Origin: a bacterium
Lineage (GTDB): Bacteria > Electryoneota > Electryoneia > Electryoneales > Electryoneaceae
NCBI GenBank assembly: GCA_963675295.2
Contig: CAXXKJ010000002.1
Coordinates: 256,001 to 320,000 of the forward strand
Direction: 5' to 3'
Length of the DNA: 64,000 nucleotides
The notes beneath the pieces were generated by a model, which made no database searches, was not told the DNA's origin, and was given only the letters and a program-made list of their open reading frames with translations. Positions 9,516 through 19,791 of the stretch are shown piece by piece. Both the position numbers and the translations under genes were made by a program. Numbering within the stretch: the first letter of the stretch is position 1; each line of letters begins with the position of its first letter.

Positions 9516-11222
9516 ATGTTCTGGACAGTACACTCTCCAAAGCGATGGATCGCGGGTCTGTTGTTTATCGCCGTGTTGGCGTCGATCCTTGTCGCTCCGC
9601 CGGCATTCGCGACGTTCCAGCAGCTGTTGCAGGAGAACTGGGAGCGTCCGGTCGGTACGCCGTTCCCCTGGTCAACCAATGGCCACCCGTGGCAACTCTA
9701 TCCCACCAGTGCCTCTCAACCTCGTTGGGACATTGAGCGGAATGCGATTTATCACAGTGATGGTTCGCCGGATCACGTAACCGCGGTCTGGTGCTGCGGT
9801 TCCCTGGACAATTTGCAGGCGGGCATTGACCCCTACCCGGGCAACATGTTGACCTACCTCTACTGGGGCCCGTTTAGTACCAACGATCCGCTCGCGATCA
9901 ATGGCAGCCTGTGGATGTGGGGCGACATGGAGTCCAACTCCGGCAACTCCGGCGACTTCTTCTACATCGCCACGCGCCAGGGTGGATTCAGCCCGAGCAT
10001 TACCGCCTGGGACTATCTGTACAAGAACGACCAGGGCGGCAACGGCATGATGTGGCAGCAGATTCTGTTTGATTATGATCGTGTGATTACCGCCGCTGGT
10101 GACACGATTTCCTACATCGACGAAGGCATCACCAGCAGCCTGTACCTCGCGCTGGTGTTCAAATCGGATGGCGACGCAAACGATCACCTCGGTGTGTTCG
10201 TGGACGATGTCGCCCTCGGTTGGGATGATGGGTTGTTCGACTTCGATTACCGTGGGTATGAATTGTTTGACCCGAACGATCCCAACACTGAAATGGATTT
10301 CCTCTTCGTGAATACGCCTGCCCAGATGAGTGTGAAGTTCAAGGCGCACGGCGGGTTGATGAGCAACGTGGTGACGCACACCCTGTTCAACGCGAACAAC
10401 CAGGCGATCTCGAGCATCACCGGTCAGTGGCAGGGCGGAACGGTGGCGATTCCCTACGAGGAACCGTTCGACCTCATTTTCACCCCACAACAGCCGGGCA
10501 CGATGCAGTTCTCCATCTTCCTCGATGTAGACCAGCAGCAGCCGGAAAGCGACGAGGACAATAACGACGGCTCGTTCGAGATTGAGATTCTGCCTGAAAA
10601 CACCCCACCAGAGATGACGTGGGTGAACCCGGGTGCCGGCGGTGCCACCAATCACGACAACATTTTCGACATCATCTACTATGCGGAGAACCAGCCGGAG
10701 CTGGAAAACGCGCGAATTTCGTTCTATTACGATGATGATAACCAAGGCTTTAACGGATCAACGATTCCGGGCGGAACCAACCTGCCGATCAACAACGAGC
10801 TGGACACCCTCGCGTGGTACATCGCCGGGGTCGGATACGGCGAGTACTGGCTGCATGCGCGGTTGACCGACGATTACCACGATCCGGTCAATGTGTACGC
10901 GGACGGCCCGATCATTTACACTTCTTCGGTGAACGAGAACGATCCGTCGAACCTCCCGTCCGATTTCCGCGTCACGTCGGTGTATCCGAACCCGTTCAAT
11001 CCGACGGTTGAAGTCGCGATGCAGCTTCCCGGTCCGGGACAGGTCCGGGCGACGTGGTATTCGGTGGACGGTCGCGAGGTGGATGTTCAGAACCTGGGCG
11101 TGATGGGTGCCGGGTCGCAGAAATTCAGCTGGACACCAACCAATTTGACCAGCGGCGTCTACCTGCTGCGGCTGGAGTCGCCGTTCGGGACGATCTCGGA
11201 GAAGGTCACCTACCTTAAGTAG
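9516..11222 (+). CDS. Secreted protein with Ig-like domains and C-terminal YPNPFN sorting domain
   Basis: AGGAGG RBS before ATG 9516; signal peptide ending AFA; ESDEDNN (CARDB-like); VYPNPFN...SGVYLL...KVTYLK. Confidence 0.85.
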   Translation: MFWTVHSPKRWIAGLLFIAVLASILVAPPAFATFQQLLQENWERPVGTPFPWSTNGHPWQLYPTSASQPRWDIERNAIYHSDGSPDHVTAVWCCGSLDNLQAGIDPYPGNMLTYLYWGPFSTNDPLAINGSLWMWGDMESNSGNSGDFFYIATRQGGFSPSITAWDYLYKNDQGGNGMMWQQILFDYDRVITAAGDTISYIDEGITSSLYLALVFKSDGDANDHLGVFVDDVALGWDDGLFDFDYRGYELFDPNDPNTEMDFLFVNTPAQMSVKFKAHGGLMSNVVTHTLFNANNQAISSITGQWQGGTVAIPYEEPFDLIFTPQQPGTMQFSIFLDVDQQQPESDEDNNDGSFEIEILPENTPPEMTWVNPGAGGATNHDNIFDIIYYAENQPELENARISFYYDDDNQGFNGSTIPGGTNLPINNELDTLAWYIAGVGYGEYWLHARLTDDYHDPVNVYADGPIIYTSSVNENDPSNLPSDFRVTSVYPNPFNPTVEVAMQLPGPGQVRATWYSVDGREVDVQNLGVMGAGSQKFSWTPTNLTSGVYLLRLESPFGTISEKVTYLK

Positions 11223-11266
11223 GCGATAGGCTTGGGGCTGTGGGCTGCAGGCGATAAGCTACAGGC
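11218..11266 (+). repeat. Degenerate 7-nt tandem tract starting at a stop codon
   Basis: AGTAGGC GATAGGC TTGGGGC TGTGGGC TGCAGGC GATAAGC TACAGGC. Confidence 0.75.
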
Positions 11267-11283
11267 CGGAACAATAAAAGAAC

Positions 11284-11314
11284 AACCCGCGTCGGTTTCA
11301 CCAGCGCGGGTTTT
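11284..11314. terminator. Bidirectional terminator-like hairpin
   Basis: AACCCGCG...CGCGGGTT with A-rich left and T-rich right flank between convergent genes. Confidence 0.6.
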
Positions 11315-11318
11315 GTAT

Positions 11319-12173
11319 TCAGGACATGCTCGGTGTTGTCGGATCCTCGGGCAGCACGAACGCCGGCCCCGGATCGACCTTTTTGAACCGTACCGCCGGC
11401 AACCGCCACCACGGCACCCGTGGGTGTTCGTGGTGTTCGAGGTGATACCCGAAGTGGTAGCAGGTGAGGAAGGACAACCACACCGGGAAATCGTTGCTCA
11501 CGCTGTGATGCGGGTTGCTGTGGCCGGTCTTCGGCGTTTTGTGCGGCAGGTAGGTGCCGAACAGGAACAGCTGCACCGTGCTCAGCAGTGCCGGGGCGAC
11601 CCAGAACAGCAGCAGGTTGAGCACCGGGACATTGGCCAAGTAGACCAGCGAATTGAACACAATCCCCATCCCGATCAACTGCGGCAGGCTCAGATAGTTC
11701 ATCATGAACCGCACGTACCACTTGTCGAACCGGTCCTCGATCCCGTTGTTGAAATCCGGGTCCTGCTCCGGGTCGCCGGGATGCAGGTGATGTTCCCAGT
11801 GCTTCGTGGTCAGTTTCTTGAAGTTGAACAGGGCGTAAAGGAACACGGCGGCGTTGCCGAGCGCGTTGTTCAGCTTGCGGCGGTTGGGCGTGATCGTGCC
11901 GTGCATCGCGTCATGCGCGGTGATGAACAGGCCGGTATAGAGGAACGTCTGCAGCAGCAGCGCCGGAATTGCCCAGTACCAGAAGATGCTGGTCACTGGC
12001 GCGGTCAACAACAGCACCAGCGAGGTCGCCCAGCTCAGTATGATCGCCAGTGCGGCACTCAGCCCTTTGCTATCGTCCGCGGTCCATTTCTTCCGCGCGC
12101 GTGCCGTTCCCCCACTCTGATCGGGCGAGCTTGGCCGGGACGCAGCTTCCTTCTGTTCTTTCGATGAGATCAT
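11319..12173 (-). CDS. crtW: Beta-carotene ketolase (CrtW-type di-iron enzyme)
   Basis: GLFITAHDAMHG, HWEHH, DPDF, TCYHFGYHLEHHEHP.VPWW His boxes; lies in a carotenoid operon. Confidence 0.85.
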   Translation of the reverse strand: MISSKEQKEAASRPSSPDQSGGTARARKKWTADDSKGLSAALAIILSWATSLVLLLTAPVTSIFWYWAIPALLLQTFLYTGLFITAHDAMHGTITPNRRKLNNALGNAAVFLYALFNFKKLTTKHWEHHLHPGDPEQDPDFNNGIEDRFDKWYVRFMMNYLSLPQLIGMGIVFNSLVYLANVPVLNLLLFWVAPALLSTVQLFLFGTYLPHKTPKTGHSNPHHSVSNDFPVWLSFLTCYHFGYHLEHHEHPRVPWWRLPAVRFKKVDPGPAFVLPEDPTTPSMS

Positions 12174-12877
12174 GGCAGCTTGGAACTCAAGTTAACGATC
12201 AGGAAATACAACGCTTGTGCAAGCCAGGCGTGCACGACGAAGATGGGCACCGATGTCCGAAAGATGCTCGCCGATTTGCCCGCCAGCGCGAAAAGAGTAC
12301 CCAGTACAAACCACGCGATGTAGTTCTGCACCGGCGGCGCGCCGCCCCAGGTCCAGTAGTCCAACGCGACCGCCGCGGGTTCCATCAGCAGATCGAAGAC
12401 GACCATCAGCGCGCCGGTCACGGGAGCGTAGATCCAGACATTGCCTTCGACGGAACGTGGCAGGATACGTTGCGCCAGCGCCAGGCTCGATAGCAACATC
12501 AGCAGCCACGCGAACCCGATCGACAACGGTACGCCGAACAGCTGCGGCTGCAGCACCTCGCCGTAATGGTACGTTCCGAAGATCAGGCCGCTTTCGACAC
12601 CGGCCCATTCCACGAGAAATCCGGCGGCGACGACAAACGCGCTCCAGAGGTCGAACCGTGTCCGCGCGTCCGGCGACAGAGCGTTACGGGTGACGAGGTA
12701 GACGGCAATCGCGAGCACGATCAGCAACGGACCGGCGATCACGGACATCGCGGTCTCAAACAGGCCGAGCGCGTGCCACAGCCCGCCCGCACCCATGATC
12801 AGGTACAGGCTGGCGAGAGGCCACCAGACGGTTATCCGTTGTCCGGCCATTTCGAATCTACTGGTCAGTGTGGTCAT
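12170..12877 (-). CDS. cruF: Carotenoid 1,2-hydratase (CruF/DUF422 family)
   Basis: Multi-TM protein; EWAGVESGLIFGTYHYG, GVPLSIGFAW, DLLMEPAA, NYIAWF. Confidence 0.8.
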   Translation of the reverse strand: MTTLTSRFEMAGQRITVWWPLASLYLIMGAGGLWHALGLFETAMSVIAGPLLIVLAIAVYLVTRNALSPDARTRFDLWSAFVVAAGFLVEWAGVESGLIFGTYHYGEVLQPQLFGVPLSIGFAWLLMLLSSLALAQRILPRSVEGNVWIYAPVTGALMVVFDLLMEPAAVALDYWTWGGAPPVQNYIAWFVLGTLFALAGKSASIFRTSVPIFVVHAWLAQALYFLIVNLSSKLP

Positions 12878-12974
12878 TGCCCCGCGTCGTTGCCCTGCGT
12901 CCGTTTTGAATCAATGCCGATTAACAGTATTTCACGTTGCAGCAATCATACCTGTTTAAAATCGGAATCGACCC

Positions 12975-14105
12975 CTAACGGAGCACATTGCCTCCCACGC
13001 TGGTCAGGGTTATGGTGCGGCCTTTCCAACGGAGTGAGCCGCTGCGGGATGTTCTGAGAGAATTGAACGCGATGCCGATCAGCAGGATCATCGCCACCGG
13101 GTGCAACGGCACCAGCATCCACGGGTGCTTGTGCTTGACCGACAGGATGGCGCGGATCAACAGGTTGTAAAACACCGCACGAAACCCGAAGCGCCGTGTC
13201 CGCTTGAAAAACAGCAGGACATACGGAACGATGGTCGCACTAGTCAGCAGCCCCGTCTGCCACAACAGCGACCGGGCGGACCCGCCGGCAATGCCAAACA
13301 GGTTCTTCGTGAACCCGCGCCAGACCTCGTCGAAGCTGCTGTACATCCTGCCGAACACGACTCCGGTTCCAGACAGGGTCAAGGTGCGCAGCCCCAATCG
13401 TTTCGCGAGCCGCACCATTGCCATGTCTTCGACGACGTCGCCCTTGGCGGCTGCGTGGCCACCGATTCGCTGGTACGTTTCTTTTGAGATCGCCAGCCAC
13501 TGGCCGTTTGCGGCGGACAGTTCCGGCTGCGGCATCGACAGCGTCAGTCGCATCGGCAGCAGGCTGTAGACGAGCAGATCCACCGTCGGGACAATCAGCG
13601 ATTCGCCCAACGAGCTGACAACCTGTTGCGGGAACGCCGAGAGGAAACCCAACCGTTTCGCCTGCATCCAGCCGACGGTGTTGCGCACCGCTTCCGGCGC
13701 GTGCCGGTTGTCAGCGTCGGTGAAGATCAGGATGTCGCCGGTCGCATCATACGCGAGCTGCTGGCAGGCCCACGGTTTTCCGAGCCATCCGTCCGGAAGT
13801 TCCGATCCACGCAGGCCGCGCACCCGATCATCTTTCGCTTCCCATTCCTCGATGATCGACCACGTGTCGTCGATGGAATTGTCGTCCAGGACGAGGATTT
13901 CCAGGTCTGGCCAGTCCTGTCTGCACAACCCTTCGAGGCAATTGCCGAGATTCATCTCTTCGTTGCGCGCCGGCACCAGCACCGACACGCGCGGTGTCGA
14001 GCGCAGGTTGTGGGCATGGCTCAGCATCGGGGCGGTCATCGCGTTCAGCACCGTCACCAGCACCATGTACGCCAACGGAATCACCACGAAGAACAGCAGC
14101 ATCAA
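12975..14105 (-). CDS. GT2 glycosyltransferase (carotenoid glycosyltransferase, CruC-like)
   Basis: VPARNEE, LDDNS, GWLGKPWAC, FTDAD, ANGQ, VVED; operon context. Confidence 0.85.
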   Translation of the reverse strand: MMLLFFVVIPLAYMVLVTVLNAMTAPMLSHAHNLRSTPRVSVLVPARNEEMNLGNCLEGLCRQDWPDLEILVLDDNSIDDTWSIIEEWEAKDDRVRGLRGSELPDGWLGKPWACQQLAYDATGDILIFTDADNRHAPEAVRNTVGWMQAKRLGFLSAFPQQVVSSLGESLIVPTVDLLVYSLLPMRLTLSMPQPELSAANGQWLAISKETYQRIGGHAAAKGDVVEDMAMVRLAKRLGLRTLTLSGTGVVFGRMYSSFDEVWRGFTKNLFGIAGGSARSLLWQTGLLTSATIVPYVLLFFKRTRRFGFRAVFYNLLIRAILSVKHKHPWMLVPLHPVAMILLIGIAFNSLRTSRSGSLRWKGRTITLTSVGGNVLR

Positions 14106-14842
14106 GCAGTCCTCTGCACGCCAAACAAGCGGCGGATTTCGACAATACGTTCACTGATGGATTTGCGTCCGCGCATCAGGTCCCGTACCGGTTCCAGCTC
14201 CGGACCGTTCCCGTGCACCGCGGACGTCAACCGGTCGAGAGTGGCTTCGACAGCCGCTTCCAGATCGCTGTCGGAGATGGACTCATCCGCGTCCACGAAC
14301 ATCGGTTCGCCAAAAGATAACGACACCACGGGATATTCGTCGCCCAGCTGGTCCACTCTCATCGCCAAAGGAAGCACGTTCAGTGGTCGTTTGCAACGCC
14401 GGATCAGCCATCCCGCGCCAGGGCGGAACCCGAGCGGACGCCGTTCCACCGGCGTCAATTCCCCTTGCGGGAAGATGGTGACGCAGGCCTGGCGGTTGTC
14501 TTCGAGCAGATCGCATGTAAACCGTAACGTGGTCAGCACATCGGCGCGGTCACCGGGGTCGAACCCGTACGCACCGAGCTTGCGGAAAAACGGGTAGTTG
14601 CGCAGCTGGCCGGCGAGCATCATCACGTACAACCGGCGGCGCAGGAAGAGACGGTTAAGCAGGTGGACAAAAAACCCGTCCCACCAGGTACCGTGATTCG
14701 GCAACAGGAGAACGGGTGCGTCGTTTCGTAGTTCCGGCAGAGATCCGTGCAGCCGGACGGCATGAAAGTGCCGTCGCAACGACCCCCGCAGGTAGCGGGC
14801 AAACAGTTTTTCCGCCCAGGTGGCTGGTTTGGGTTTGATCAT
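14102..14842 (-). CDS. PlsC-family acyltransferase (glycosyl-carotenoid acyltransferase, CruD-like)
   Basis: NHGTWWD (HX4D) and IFPQGE motifs; start chosen at ATG 14842, downstream of the crtB stop. Confidence 0.8.
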   Translation of the reverse strand: MIKPKPATWAEKLFARYLRGSLRRHFHAVRLHGSLPELRNDAPVLLLPNHGTWWDGFFVHLLNRLFLRRRLYVMMLAGQLRNYPFFRKLGAYGFDPGDRADVLTTLRFTCDLLEDNRQACVTIFPQGELTPVERRPLGFRPGAGWLIRRCKRPLNVLPLAMRVDQLGDEYPVVSLSFGEPMFVDADESISDSDLEAAVEATLDRLTSAVHGNGPELEPVRDLMRGRKSISERIVEIRRLFGVQRTA

Positions 14843-14855
14843 ACCCTGTTTACGT

Positions 14856-15833
14856 TCACGCGGCCTCGGCTGGATCGGGTAATGGGATCCGGGACGGGAC
14901 ACGTTGCGGAATCGGTTTCGCGGATGTTTTCGGCGATGGTTGCGCCGGCGCAACTTTTTCCGCCACGTATTCCTTCATCAGCACGCGCAGTTTTTCCCCT
15001 TTGCCAAGGTACGCACGTCCCGCGAAGGGATTGTAGTCCTGATCGGCGATCCGATCGAGAATGGAACCGTAGATTTTCGCCGCGGCACGAATCGCGAACC
15101 GCGCGTCCGGATTGAGATACGGGATGCCCTGTTCACCGATCGCATAGAAATGGCGAGCGCGTTCAATCTCGAATTTCATCAGTTCGCGCATCCGTGGACT
15201 CATCTCCCCATTGAGGATTTCCTCTTCCCGGATATCAAACGTGTCCAGGTCCTCGCGCGGAATGTAGATTCGGCCTCGTTCGGCGTCCTCCTGCACGTCC
15301 CGCAGGATGTTGGTCAGCTGCATCGCGACCCCCAGCGCCTCAGCGTGGCATTCGGCTTCAGCGCGATCGGTCCCGAGCACCGGTGACATCATCATGCCCA
15401 CCGTTCCGGCGACGCGATAACAGAACAGGTACAGGTCACGGAAGGTGTCGTACCGGTCCTTGTCGATGTCCATTTCGACACCGCGCAGCAGGTCGAGCAG
15501 CGGAACTGGGGAAATATCATACGCTTTCGCCGCCGCAATCACCGGCTTGACGATCGGATGCTGCGATTCGCCCGTGCGGAACGCGACATCAAGCTCTTCG
15601 CCAAGCGCCTGGATCTCGCCTCGCAATTCGCCATTACTGCGCTGTTCACGCGGTGAATCGACCAGGTTGTCAGCATAGCGGCAGAACCCGTATAGCGCGT
15701 AGGTTGCCCAGCGCTTCGGTTCGGGTAACAGCTGTGTTGTCAGGTAAAAACTCTTCGCCCAGTGCCGAGTCGTGTTCCGTGCCAGCTGGAAGTAGTTCTT
15801 CACCTCGGGCTGTAGCCAGAATTTCGTTTCCAT
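14856..15833 (-). CDS. crtB: Phytoene synthase
   Basis: KSFY, YGFCRYADNLVD, YCYRVAGTVG-like, LGVAMQLTNILRDVQED, GRIYIP. Confidence 0.93.
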   Translation of the reverse strand: METKFWLQPEVKNYFQLARNTTRHWAKSFYLTTQLLPEPKRWATYALYGFCRYADNLVDSPREQRSNGELRGEIQALGEELDVAFRTGESQHPIVKPVIAAAKAYDISPVPLLDLLRGVEMDIDKDRYDTFRDLYLFCYRVAGTVGMMMSPVLGTDRAEAECHAEALGVAMQLTNILRDVQEDAERGRIYIPREDLDTFDIREEEILNGEMSPRMRELMKFEIERARHFYAIGEQGIPYLNPDARFAIRAAAKIYGSILDRIADQDYNPFAGRAYLGKGEKLRVLMKEYVAEKVAPAQPSPKTSAKPIPQRVPSRIPLPDPAEAA

Positions 15834-15861
15834 GGTTGCAGTCCTTGGTTAATGACAGGGA

Positions 15862-17412
15862 TTACAACAACGACGCGGCGTGCGCGGCGGTGCGGAACCC
15901 GGATTTGTTGTTTGGAGTCTCCTGACGCGGCAAGCCAAGATCGTCCACGACCAGCTTCTCCGTCGTTTCGGCGGTCAGCATCACTCCGGGCAGTCCCGCC
16001 CCGGGGTGCGTGCTTGCACCGACGAGGTACAGGTTCTTCACGTCCTCATGCCGGTTGTGCGGCCGGAAATTCGCTGTCTGGGTCAGCTTCGGTTCAACGC
16101 CCCATGCGCTGCCGAGATGGCTGTTGCGTTCGAGCAGGAAGTCCTTCGGTGTGAATGTTTCCATCACCTCAATGTTCGCACGCAGATCCTTCATCCCGAA
16201 CTTGTGCTCGAGATGGTTGAGCACGCGCTCGGTGTAGGCCGGAGCCATCGCGTCCCAATCGACTCCACCCGCCAGGTTCGGCACAGGAATCAACACGTAC
16301 ATGCTCTCGTGACCCTCCGGCGCCATAGACGGATCGGTGCGCGTCGGCACGTGCAGGTACATCGAGAAATCAGCTGTCAACTGTTTGGTATCGAAAATGT
16401 CACGCACCAGTCCTTTGTAACGGTGCGACAGGATCAGTGTGTGATGTAGCAGCTCCGGATACTGCTTCTTTACCCCAAGATACAGCAAATAGGCACCCAT
16501 CGAATAGTCGACCTTCGGCAGCTTCTCGTCACGCCACTTGCGGCGGGAGTCCGGCTCCAGCAGGTCACGGTTGGTGTGCATCCAGTCGGCGTTGGAGATG
16601 ACGCCATCCGCCGGGTAGATCTCGTTGCCAACCCGCACGCCGGTCGCCTGCTTGTTCTGCACGATGATCTGATCCACCGGGGAGTTGGTCCGGATCGTGC
16701 CGCCCAACTTGCGGAACACTGCCTCGAACGCCTGCACCAGGGTGTACATGCCGCCCTTGGTGAACCACACACCGCCCTCGCGCTCGAGGTACGGAATCAT
16801 CTGGTAGATCGCGGGCGCGCGGAACGGATTGCCGCCGATGAACAACGGGTGGAACGAAAACGCGAACCGGCTGCGCGGATCCTTGAAGTGCCGCTTGACG
16901 TTGGTAAAAGCCGGTACCAGCGCGTTCAGCGCCAGCGCGCGAGGCAGGAATTTGAACAGTGACGGGATGTTATCAAACGGCATTGCGCCCATCCCTTCCT
17001 CGATCACCGCCTTATAGATGCCCTTCGACTGGCGCATGAAGCTGTCATAGCCCTTGGCATCATCCGGGTGAAAGTTGCCAAGCTGCTGGCGCATGAAATC
17101 GGGGTCAGACGAATAGTCGAGGTGACTGCCGTCCGCGTAGTAGATGCGGTAACCTGGATCGATCTCGATCAGGTCAAGGTGATCCTCCAGCCGTTCCCCG
17201 GCCGAGCGGAACACGTCCCTGATGATATCCGGCGCGGTAATCAGCGACGGGCCCATGTCGAACGTGTAGCCGTCCTTTTTGAGCTGCGCGGCGTGCCCGC
17301 CGACCGTCGCATTTTTCTCGAAGACGGTGACGTCATAACCTTTTGCCTGCAGCCGGATCGCCGCGCTGAGGCCGCCGAAGCCGGATCCGATGATCGCGAT
17401 GCGTTTGTTCAT
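15862..17412 (-). CDS. crtI: Phytoene desaturase
   Basis: IIGSGFGGL FAD motif, FDMGPSLIT, NLYLVGASTHPGAGLPGV. Confidence 0.92.
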   Translation of the reverse strand: MNKRIAIIGSGFGGLSAAIRLQAKGYDVTVFEKNATVGGHAAQLKKDGYTFDMGPSLITAPDIIRDVFRSAGERLEDHLDLIEIDPGYRIYYADGSHLDYSSDPDFMRQQLGNFHPDDAKGYDSFMRQSKGIYKAVIEEGMGAMPFDNIPSLFKFLPRALALNALVPAFTNVKRHFKDPRSRFAFSFHPLFIGGNPFRAPAIYQMIPYLEREGGVWFTKGGMYTLVQAFEAVFRKLGGTIRTNSPVDQIIVQNKQATGVRVGNEIYPADGVISNADWMHTNRDLLEPDSRRKWRDEKLPKVDYSMGAYLLYLGVKKQYPELLHHTLILSHRYKGLVRDIFDTKQLTADFSMYLHVPTRTDPSMAPEGHESMYVLIPVPNLAGGVDWDAMAPAYTERVLNHLEHKFGMKDLRANIEVMETFTPKDFLLERNSHLGSAWGVEPKLTQTANFRPHNRHEDVKNLYLVGASTHPGAGLPGVMLTAETTEKLVVDDLGLPRQETPNNKSGFRTAAHAASLL

Positions 17413-17559
17413 GTCTGGGTTCTCTCGTTGGCCGGATACGTATCCCGAGCCTGTGTATCAATTTGCGTCAGTCGCTTTCTTCGTGATGTATCATGGCAAA
17501 GCACGTTCCAGTTTTCAAGTGCGGAGTTATCAGGTTGGCTCGCTGAGAGATGGGCACAG

Positions 17560-17590
17560 AAAAACGCCGCGGGGATCTCCCCACGGCGTT
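17560..17590 (-). terminator. Rho-independent terminator
   Basis: AACGCCGCGGGGA/TCCCCACGGCGTT stem with an A5 run on the left, giving a U-tail on the minus strand. Confidence 0.7.
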
Positions 17591-17620
17591 GGGTGTGCTA
17601 CAAACGGTCGCGATCTTGTC

Positions 17621-19159
17621 TCAGGCGGATTCCTTCTGTGCCTTTTCCTCGATCTCCCGCATCTTGCGCTTGTACTTGCGGCCGGTCTCGATGCCATAGC
17701 GATGCAGCTTGTTGATCAGCGCCTGGCGGCTGAGACCGAGCTGGTCGGCGGTGGTCGACTGGTTGTGTTTGTTCCGCTCGAGCGCGTCCATGATCATCCG
17801 CTTTTCGATGCGGGCGATCCGCTGCTTCAGCGTGCCCTCGCCGGTGTCGAGCATGGCGGGTTCGCGTTTGCTGATCAGGTGAACACTGAGCTGGGAGGCG
17901 GTCAATTCGCCCTGGTCCGGCGTACGCAGCACAGCTTGTCTGATCTCGTGCTCGAGTTCGTCCAGGTTGCCCGGCCAGTCGTAGGTGCCGAGGAAATCGT
18001 AGATCTGGTTGTTGATGCTTCCGATCACCTTGCCGAAGGTCACCGCAGCTTCTTCCACATAGTACGTGACCAGTACCGGCAGGTCCTCAACACGCTGGCG
18101 CAGCGGCGGGAACAGGATCGGGAACTGCATCATCTTCAAGTACAGGTCGCGCGTCAGCACGCCGTCCTTGTACAGTTCGCTCGGATTTTTGGTGGTGGTC
18201 ATCACGAGACGGAAGTTGACGGGATATTCTTCCCGTTCGCCGTCGAGGGTTGCCAAACCACTGTCGAGACTGCGGGCGAGCCGTGTCTGCAGGTCTTCAT
18301 GCAGCATGTCGACATCTTCGAGGATCAGGGTACCGTTCTTGGCATCCCGGATCGCTCCCCGGCGTCCACGTACCGGCGCATCTTTCGCGCCCGGTGCCTT
18401 GCCGAAGATGAAGCCGCCGTGCATGTCCTGCGGAATGTCAGAGAGCGGAATCTGCACGATCGGGCTGCGTTTGCGGGGGCTGTTCTTGTGCAGTGCTTCG
18501 GCGGCAATCCACTTGCCGGTGCCCTTTTCTCCGATCAGCGTCACCGGAATGTCGATATCTGCGACCAGCTCCAACGCCTTGCGTACGCGCTGGATTTCGC
18601 TGCTCGATCCCACCAGCTCGCTGAACGGTGCGTCACCCTCGTCTTCCTTCTGGCGGGTGCGAACCTGGACATTCAGCCGGTTGATCGTACGGTCAAGGTT
18701 GATCAGGTGGCCGATCACGCGTCCGGCACTTAGATAATGATCGACCTTGTTCTTTTTGAAGGCGACGTCCTTGTCGCCCTTGCTACCGATATAGATGGCG
18801 CCCATGGCGGCATCGCCGGATGCCAACGGGAAGATGAGCACGCTCTTGGTCATTTCCCGTCGGACACTTTTTCGCGCGGCCAGCTTCTTGACATCGTTCG
18901 CAACTGGAGCCGCCAGCACACTGTCAGGGTCAGTGGGATGGTCTGCGGCATATTGCGCGAAGATTCGCATGTCCTGATTCAGCATCTCTTCAACGTTTCC
19001 GAAGGATGCCAGCTCCCGCAGGCTGCCGGTCGTTTCCTCGAGCTCGAGCAACAAACCGTGATCGCCGCCGAATCGTTCCTGGGCATAATCGAGTAATGCC
19101 TGGGCCAAATCCTGACGGCTTCCAACTTGTTGCAGTGTTTTCTCCAGAATTCCCTGCAT
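17621..19159 (-). CDS. NtrC/Fis-type regulator (GAF-like + AAA+ + HTH) with degenerate sigma54-interaction motifs
   Basis: Walker A GEKGTGK, PPLRQRVED, WPGNLDEL and Fis HTH LGLSRQALINKL are present; GAFTGA is replaced by GAKDAP and Walker B reads LILEDV. Confidence 0.85.
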   Translation of the reverse strand: MQGILEKTLQQVGSRQDLAQALLDYAQERFGGDHGLLLELEETTGSLRELASFGNVEEMLNQDMRIFAQYAADHPTDPDSVLAAPVANDVKKLAARKSVRREMTKSVLIFPLASGDAAMGAIYIGSKGDKDVAFKKNKVDHYLSAGRVIGHLINLDRTINRLNVQVRTRQKEDEGDAPFSELVGSSSEIQRVRKALELVADIDIPVTLIGEKGTGKWIAAEALHKNSPRKRSPIVQIPLSDIPQDMHGGFIFGKAPGAKDAPVRGRRGAIRDAKNGTLILEDVDMLHEDLQTRLARSLDSGLATLDGEREEYPVNFRLVMTTTKNPSELYKDGVLTRDLYLKMMQFPILFPPLRQRVEDLPVLVTYYVEEAAVTFGKVIGSINNQIYDFLGTYDWPGNLDELEHEIRQAVLRTPDQGELTASQLSVHLISKREPAMLDTGEGTLKQRIARIEKRMIMDALERNKHNQSTTADQLGLSRQALINKLHRYGIETGRKYKRKMREIEEKAQKESA

Positions 19160-19791
19160 CGTTTTGTACCTCAGGTAACTTAAACCGCGCGTTTCTTTAT
19201 ACAGTCCTTCGAAGAATACTCAACCTGCCGATTGTTAAGTATTCCTAACTAGTTTTTTTTGCACTCTTTTGAATCATGTCAACCCAACCCCACGAATCCG
19301 GGCAAAATATGTGCCTAACAATTTGAAACAGATTCAAGCGAGGCCTTTGTTCTACGGAATCATCATTCAGTGTCTACGGTGCAGGTCGTCGTCTGGTTGA
19401 TCGCGGTCAGTGTTATATGCCGAAAGTGCGAATGCCTAGATGCTCGGACGATTTATCAATCAATCGCCACAGATGGCTGACGATTTCTGAATATCAGCAT
19501 GCTGCACGGCGATTCATAGTCAGAATTCGATATTTCAGGCGAATATGGAGATTCAGAAGGCTTTGTGCCAATAGTGCAGAGCCGATTCTATTGGAGACGA
19601 TTGTTAGTGGAGTCAAATTCTGGCGGGATGTGGCGTAAGTTTGCCTATACTTCTCATTGGGCGGGGGACGAGAGCAGGCTCGAGAGCTTGATTTGAGAGG
19701 ATGAGGCTCAGTCCTTGACTCACCTTGGAGCGGCGTCTATTTTGGACCCTCGCGGCTCAGGCATGGGGCCGCAACCCCTTGTCATCACAGG

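Noticed and set aside
19250-19760. rpmH, tRNA or sigma54 promoter upstream of dnaA
   Set aside because: No L34-like ORF, cloverleaf or correctly spaced GG-N10-GC motif found by eye.
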